Assembly (NCBI GenBank): GCA_038817835.1
Contig: JAWAZI010000005.1
Coordinates: forward strand, 1 to 51,807
Origin: Candidatus Pacearchaeota archaeon
GTDB taxonomy: Archaea > Nanobdellota > Nanobdellia > Pacearchaeales > JAPDKA01
Length of the DNA: 51,807 bases
Direction: 5' to 3'
Shown: positions 46,329-51,807 of the stretch, one piece after another
Layout of the letters: each line of letters starts with the position of its first letter
Position numbering within the stretch: the stretch's first letter is position 1
Program-made: the position numbers and the translations under genes
Notes under the pieces: generated by a model
The model's database searches: none
Told to the model about the DNA's origin: nothing
What the model saw: the letters and a program-made list of their open reading frames with translations, nothing else

Positions 46329-47315
46329 ATGGAAATATTTATATCATTGATTATTTTTATTATTTCTTTTTTCTCTTGTTTTTTATTAACAAATATATGG
46401 ATAAAATTAGCTAAAAAAAATAATTTAGTTGGCAAAGATATGAATAAATTTGATAAGCCATTAATTCCAGAAGCAGGTGGAATAGCAGTAGTTTCAAGCA
46501 TTATTTTATGTATATTAATTTATATATTTTTGAAAGTATTTATATTTAAAACACAAACACATCTAATAGAAGTATTAACTTTAATTATTACATTACTTCT
46601 TGCTTGTTTTATAGGTTTTGTTGATGATATTTTGGGATGGAAAAAAGGATTAGGTGGATGGAAAAAAATTTTATTTACAATTCCTATTGCTATTCCTCTA
46701 GCAGTTATAAATGCTGGACATTCTATAATAAATATACCTTTCTTCGGCAATATAAATTTTGGTTTAATTTATCCATTAATTCTTATACCTTTAGCTATTA
46801 TAGTAACAACAAACGCTTATAATATGCTTGCAGGTTATAATGGATTAGAAGCAGGATTAGGAATTATAATTTTTATTGTTTATGGCATAATAGCTTTAAA
46901 AACTAATCAATTTTGGCTTGCTTTAATTGCAGGGATAATTATTTTTTCTTTGATAGCATTTTTAATTTTTAATTTTTATCCTGCAAAAGTTTTTCCAGGA
47001 GATAGTTTAACATTGCCATTAGGCTCTCTTGTTGGTATTTTTTCTATTTTGGGGAATATGGAAAGAATTGGAATTATTTTGTTTATTCCTTTTATCATAG
47101 AAGGAATCCTAAAAGCAAGAAGTAATTTTAAAGCAGAAAATTTTGGCTTGCCTCAAAAAGATAATACTTTAAAAATGCCTTATAAAAAAATTTATAGTTT
47201 AACCCACTTAAGTTTATTTTTATTAAATAAATTTAAAAAACCAAGAGAAATTGATGTTGTGATTAGTATTTATATATTTGAGATTATTTTTGCTATTATT
47301 GCTTTATTAATTTAA
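46329..47315 (+). CDS. Polyprenyl-phosphate GlcNAc-1-phosphate transferase (GPT/AglH/MraY-like, GT4 Pfam)
   Basis: GKDMNK, PEAGG, GFVDDIL, NAYNMLAGYNGLE, FYPAKVFPGD. Confidence 0.9.
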   Translation: MEIFISLIIFIISFFSCFLLTNIWIKLAKKNNLVGKDMNKFDKPLIPEAGGIAVVSSIILCILIYIFLKVFIFKTQTHLIEVLTLIITLLLACFIGFVDDILGWKKGLGGWKKILFTIPIAIPLAVINAGHSIINIPFFGNINFGLIYPLILIPLAIIVTTNAYNMLAGYNGLEAGLGIIIFIVYGIIALKTNQFWLALIAGIIIFSLIAFLIFNFYPAKVFPGDSLTLPLGSLVGIFSILGNMERIGIILFIPFIIEGILKARSNFKAENFGLPQKDNTLKMPYKKIYSLTHLSLFLLNKFKKPREIDVVISIYIFEIIFAIIALLI

Positions 47316-47345
47316 AATTTTTAAAATTTAAAAAATTAGAAAAAA

Positions 47346-50207
47346 ATGCAAGAAAGTCAAGAAGAAACAAAAACTAATGAAAAAATTGAAAGTGAAGAAA
47401 AAATAGAAAAAGCAGAAAAAATAGAAATTAAAGAAGAAAAAAGTGGGGAAGAAAAAACTAAAGAAGAAAAAATCGAAATAAAAGAAAGAAAAGAAAATAA
47501 ATTAGAAATAATAAAAAATTTTTTAAAAAGATTTCAAACAATTAAGCCTAGTTATTTTTTTATATTGTTATTAATTTTAATAATTGGATTTACAATTTAT
47601 ATTAGAACCCAAAATATTCCTTATTTGAAGGATGTAACAACAGGAAATTATACTCTTGGTCCTGATCTTGATCCTTTTCTTTATTTAAGACATGCTCATG
47701 AAATTGTTGCAGGTAAGCTACAAGATCCCGATATGATGAGAGCAGCTCCTTTAGGCTGTAGTAATTATGCTAAAACAAACTTGATGCCGTGGGCAATTGT
47801 TGCAATTTATAAACTATTAGATATTTTTTTTGAACCACCAACAGCTAGCATAGAGTTTGCTGCAATAATAGCTCCTGTAATTTTTTTCTCGCTAACTTTG
47901 ATTGTTTTCTTTTTATTTGTTAGACAAGTATTTAAGCCTATAACAACGAAAAATAAAGCAAATGCAATTGCTTTAATTGCAACAGCTTTTTATGCTTTTA
48001 TGCCAGCTATGCTACATAGAACAACTGCAGGAATTCCAGAAATAGAAAGCTTAGGCATGCTTTGGTTTTGGCTTGCATTTTTATTTTTTACACTTGCATG
48101 GCAAGATATAAATTTAAAAAAACAAATAGTTTATAGTATTCTTTCAGGAATTTTTACTGGTTTAATGATTTATACTTGGGGTGGTTTTAGATATATTTTT
48201 ATGACTTTTAGTTTAGCAACATTTTTAATATTTTTATTCCAGAAAGATAAATCGAAGAATTTAATAATATATAGCTTTTGGATTATTCCAGCTTTAATTT
48301 TTTCATTACTAAAGTTTGGAATTAAAATAACTTTAACAAATATAACTGATACTGGTTTAGCAATAGGAGTATTTATTTTATTAATTTTTGATACAGCATT
48401 AAATAAAACAAAAGTTTATGAAAAAATTAAAAAAATAAAATTGCCAGAGAGTATTATTAGCATTATTATTCTTTTATTTTTTGGAATTTTACTTTTATTA
48501 ATTTTAAATCCATCTTCATTAATAAAAATTCCATCAAGAATTATTGAAGGAATGCTTTATCCTTTTGGTAGAGGGAGAATAGGCTTAACTGTTGCAGAAA
48601 ATCAAGCCCCATATATTAGAGATGCAATTAATCATTTTGGTTTTTTATTTTTTATTTTTATTTTTGGTATTTTATTTATGTTTTATGAAGCAACAAGACA
48701 TTTCAATAAAAAAGAAAAAATTTTGTTGAATACTTTTTTTATAATTTATATTATTACATTTATTTTTTCAAGAATATCAGAAGATAGCATATTAAATGGA
48801 ACAAATTTCATCTCTATATTTTTATATTTTTCTGGCTTAATAATTTTTTTAATATTTTTGATTTTTACATATATAAATTCTTATAGAAAAGAAGATGAAA
48901 AAACAGTAGAAGATTTTAAAGCTATTAGCTTTTCTTATTTTTTAATATTAGCTTTTTCATTTTGGATGATGATAAGCTTGAGAGGAGCAATTAGACTTTT
49001 TTTTATAGTTTCACCAATGTTAATTTTACATTCTTCATTTTTATTCATTAAATGTTTTGATAAAATAAAATCTAAAGATGAATTTGAAAAATTTTTATGG
49101 TATTTTATTACAATTATAATTGCAATTTTTTTAATTTTAACTTTAATTTCCTATGTTAAAGCAACAAAATATGAAGCTAGAGCAACTGTACCATATGGCT
49201 ATTATCAACAATGGCAAAAAGCAATGGCCTGGGTTAGAGAAAATACTCCTGAAGATGCAATATTTACGCATTGGTGGGACTATGGCTATTGGGTTCAAAC
49301 AATTGGCGAGAGAGCAACTGTTCTTGATGGCGGCCATCCTGTAAACTTTTGGGATCATTTAATGGGTAGAGAAGTTTTAACAACTCCAGAGCCAGTCACA
49401 GCTTTACAATTTATGAAAGCACATAATGTTTCATATCTGCTTCTCGATCCAACTGATATAGGAAAATATGCTGCATTTAGTAGCATAGGCTCTGATGCAA
49501 GTGGTAAAGATAGATATAGCTATATACCAACTTTTATCATGGATGAAAGACTTACTGAAGAAAAGAGAAACTCAACAACTTATACTTTTATTGGAGGCTC
49601 ATTGCTTGATGATGAATTAATAATTAATGACACAATACTTCCTGCTTTTTCTCATAATGCTATTATTGGTGGATTTAAATTGTCTATCGAAGAAGGAATA
49701 ATTAAACAACCAGAAATTTTAATTGTTTATAGAGGAAAATTAATAAAATTAAATTTAAGATATCTTTATTATAATAAAGAGCTATATGATTTTGGTAGTG
49801 GTTTAGAAGGAATACTTTATATTATTCCATATTTCGACGGAGCTAAAATAAATAATATTGGAGCAGCACTATGGCTAAGCCCAAAAGTTGCAAGAGGCTT
49901 GTTTGCAAGGCTTTATTTGCTTAATGAAACTTTTAATAACAGCATTGTTCTTGCCCATCAGCAAGACGATTTAATAGTCGAGCAGCTTAAGCAACAAGTT
50001 AGCTTGAATAATGATATAATTTTGTTTAGAGGCTCATTGCTTGGGCCTATTAAAATTTTTAAGGTGAATTATCCTGAAAATATCAAGTTTTATAAAGAAT
50101 ATTTATTAACTAATGAACAATTTGGATGGAATGAAATCACTGGCCCTTTTGCACCATTCGATAATTTAACTAAAAATGAAAATAGCATTATTTCATCCTT
50201 GGCTTAA
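47346..50207 (+). CDS. aglB: Oligosaccharyltransferase AglB/STT3
   Basis: DLDPFLY, PEIES, TVAENQ, WWDYGYW, DGGH; E/K-rich cytoplasmic N-terminus. Confidence 0.95.
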   Translation: MQESQEETKTNEKIESEEKIEKAEKIEIKEEKSGEEKTKEEKIEIKERKENKLEIIKNFLKRFQTIKPSYFFILLLILIIGFTIYIRTQNIPYLKDVTTGNYTLGPDLDPFLYLRHAHEIVAGKLQDPDMMRAAPLGCSNYAKTNLMPWAIVAIYKLLDIFFEPPTASIEFAAIIAPVIFFSLTLIVFFLFVRQVFKPITTKNKANAIALIATAFYAFMPAMLHRTTAGIPEIESLGMLWFWLAFLFFTLAWQDINLKKQIVYSILSGIFTGLMIYTWGGFRYIFMTFSLATFLIFLFQKDKSKNLIIYSFWIIPALIFSLLKFGIKITLTNITDTGLAIGVFILLIFDTALNKTKVYEKIKKIKLPESIISIIILLFFGILLLLILNPSSLIKIPSRIIEGMLYPFGRGRIGLTVAENQAPYIRDAINHFGFLFFIFIFGILFMFYEATRHFNKKEKILLNTFFIIYIITFIFSRISEDSILNGTNFISIFLYFSGLIIFLIFLIFTYINSYRKEDEKTVEDFKAISFSYFLILAFSFWMMISLRGAIRLFFIVSPMLILHSSFLFIKCFDKIKSKDEFEKFLWYFITIIIAIFLILTLISYVKATKYEARATVPYGYYQQWQKAMAWVRENTPEDAIFTHWWDYGYWVQTIGERATVLDGGHPVNFWDHLMGREVLTTPEPVTALQFMKAHNVSYLLLDPTDIGKYAAFSSIGSDASGKDRYSYIPTFIMDERLTEEKRNSTTYTFIGGSLLDDELIINDTILPAFSHNAIIGGFKLSIEEGIIKQPEILIVYRGKLIKLNLRYLYYNKELYDFGSGLEGILYIIPYFDGAKINNIGAALWLSPKVARGLFARLYLLNETFNNSIVLAHQQDDLIVEQLKQQVSLNNDIILFRGSLLGPIKIFKVNYPENIKFYKEYLLTNEQFGWNEITGPFAPFDNLTKNENSIISSLA

Positions 50208-51327
50208 AAGTAAAGGTGGCGCAGAAAGAGTTATATTGGAATTTCTAAAAAATACAAAACATGATGTGGAAGTTTATACTTGGATTTATGATAGAGAAAA
50301 TACATTCGATGAATTTAAAAAATTTAAAATAAATGTTATTGCACCAAAATTTGCTAAAAAACTTTCTAGGTATTATATTTTAAGAGGTTTATTTTTTTTT
50401 ATGGCTTTATTTTCAAAGATTCCTTTAGAGAAATATGATGCTTTTTTAATTTCAACTGGTGGATTAGCAGAATTTGTCACATTTAAAAATTATATACCAA
50501 ATAGAACATATGCTTATGTCCATACAATTTTAAGAGCAGCTTATAAAGAAGATATAAAATGGAATTTAAAATATAGATACAAAAATCCATTTAGTAAATT
50601 AGTTTATTTACTAGCTGCATATATTTACAAATTTTTTGAAAAAAAAGCATGGAAAAGAATCGATGTTGTTATTTTTAATTCTGAACTTAGTTTAAAAAGA
50701 GCAAGAGAGCATAATTTGATCAAAGGAAAAAAAGTGTACATAGTATATCCGCCAGTTAATATAGAAAAATTTAGAAAAATAAAAGTAAAAAGAGGCAATT
50801 TTTTTCTTTATCCAGCAAGATTTAATATGAGTAAAAGACAAGATATTTTACTTAAAGCTTGGGAAAGATTTGTTAAAAAATATCCAAATTACAAACTTAT
50901 ACTTGTTGGAAATATTGAAAATAAAAAATATTTTGAAAAAATTAAAAAATTAGTCAAAAATACAAAAAATGTTGAAATTAAGATTAATATATCTGATGAA
51001 GAACTATTAGAGCTATATGCTAATTGTCTTGCTGTAATTTTTGTTCCTTTTATGGAAGATTTTGGTATTGTTCCTTTTGAAACTGTTGCTGCTGGAAAAC
51101 CATTAATTGCTGTTAATAAAGGAGGATATGTGAATCTAATAAAAAAATATTATAACTCAAATACTGTTTGGATAAAAGAAAATGAAAAAAATTTTGTAGA
51201 AAATATAATGGAAAGTTTAGAAAAATTCTTTAAAAAAAATCCTATTGGAAAAAAAATTTCTTTAATAGAAATAAATGATAAAAATTTTGCAAAAAAAATT
51301 GACTATATTTTAGAATGTAAAATTTAG
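50176..51327 (+). CDS. GT4 (GT-B) glycosyltransferase
   Basis: GGAERV, VYPPV, KRQD, EDFGIVPFE..AAGKP. Confidence 0.92.
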   Translation: MKIALFHPWLKSKGGAERVILEFLKNTKHDVEVYTWIYDRENTFDEFKKFKINVIAPKFAKKLSRYYILRGLFFFMALFSKIPLEKYDAFLISTGGLAEFVTFKNYIPNRTYAYVHTILRAAYKEDIKWNLKYRYKNPFSKLVYLLAAYIYKFFEKKAWKRIDVVIFNSELSLKRAREHNLIKGKKVYIVYPPVNIEKFRKIKVKRGNFFLYPARFNMSKRQDILLKAWERFVKKYPNYKLILVGNIENKKYFEKIKKLVKNTKNVEIKINISDEELLELYANCLAVIFVPFMEDFGIVPFETVAAGKPLIAVNKGGYVNLIKKYYNSNTVWIKENEKNFVENIMESLEKFFKKNPIGKKISLIEINDKNFAKKIDYILECKI

Positions 51328-51336
51328 TTTTAAAAA

Positions 51337-51807
51337 ATGAAAATTTTAATGGTAAATGATATGATAGAATTTATAGGAGGAGCAGAAACATATTTTCATA
51401 ATTTAAGTAAATCATTAAATGAAAAAGGATGTGAAATAATAACTTTATCTGAAGAACCAAAGAAGCAAGAAAATTTTAGTTATATAAAAAAACAATATTA
51501 TTCCAAAATGTATCCTGATAGAAAATTTAAATATGCTATATCGAGATTTTGGAATATTTATGCTAGGAGAAAGATGAAAGAAATTATTAAAATCGAAGAC
51601 CCAGATATTGTTCATTTTCATAATGTTTTTTCTAGGCTTTCCCCTTCAGTTATTTTTGAAGCAACAAAATATAAACCAACAGTAATAACAATTCATGACA
51701 CTAGATTTGATTGTCCAAATTTTATGTATTTGGATAAAAACTTCAATGTATGCAATAGAACTTTTGGATTTAAATGCTTATTGGCTAGAGATGTATCTTT
51801 ACATATC
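51337..51807 (+). CDS. GT4 glycosyltransferase, N-terminal part (truncated by window end); not in ORF track
   Basis: Manual translation MKILMVNDMIEFIGGAETY...PDIVHFHN...TIHD..CP. Confidence 0.85.
   Translation, partial: MKILMVNDMIEFIGGAETYFHNLSKSLNEKGCEIITLSEEPKKQENFSYIKKQYYSKMYPDRKFKYAISRFWNIYARRKMKEIIKIEDPDIVHFHNVFSRLSPSVIFEATKYKPTVITIHDTRFDCPNFMYLDKNFNVCNRTFGFKCLLARDVSLHI

Noticed and set aside
1462-49358. About 30 short opposite-strand or alternate-frame ORFs in the track (e.g. 29177-29536, 30714-31028, 36743-37147, 40845-41306)
   Set aside because: They lie within well-supported genes, have no motifs and look like shadows of biased codon usage
1-51807. CRISPR array, IS elements, prophage
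   Set aside because: No regularly spaced repeats, cas genes, transposase, terminal inverted repeats or virion genes seen
1-51807. Alternative genetic code or stop-codon readthrough
   Set aside because: Conserved genes are full length under the standard archaeal code, with no in-frame stops splitting known domains

Overview
Very AT-rich, gene-dense archaeal chromosome segment. Gene content and style (Alba, Rpo6/Rpo10, L7Ae/S28e/L24e, exosome-proteasome cluster, AglB, unlinked 5S, class III signal-peptide genes) fit a DPANN archaeon, probably Pacearchaeota/Woesearchaeota-like (inference). An intact reverse gyrase suggests a thermophile. I find about 55 CDS, three intron-less tRNAs without encoded CCA (Gly-GCC, Val-TAC, Met-CAT) and one 5S rRNA. 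I find no CRISPR array, transposase, integrase or intein. Two CDS truncated by the window edges and rpl24e are missing from the supplied ORF track. Most of the window is housekeeping (replication/repair, tRNA modification, exosome, N-glycosylation). Best leads: (1) a signal-peptide-bearing lytic transglycosylase with intact catalytic motifs in an organism without peptidoglycan, alongside pilin-like genes, a Cys-rich adhesin, a surface nuclease and secreted orphans; (2) a coupled pair of paralogous nucleotidyltransferase-HEPN proteins, apparently one active and one pseudo-enzyme, between archease and RtcB; (3) reverse gyrase next to TtuA and a membrane-anchored FKBP/GILT-like fusion; (4) a head-to-head Elp3/Trm9-like pair; (5) a nuclease-dead stand-alone LAGLIDADG protein. 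All family calls come from motif recognition by eye; no database search was run.
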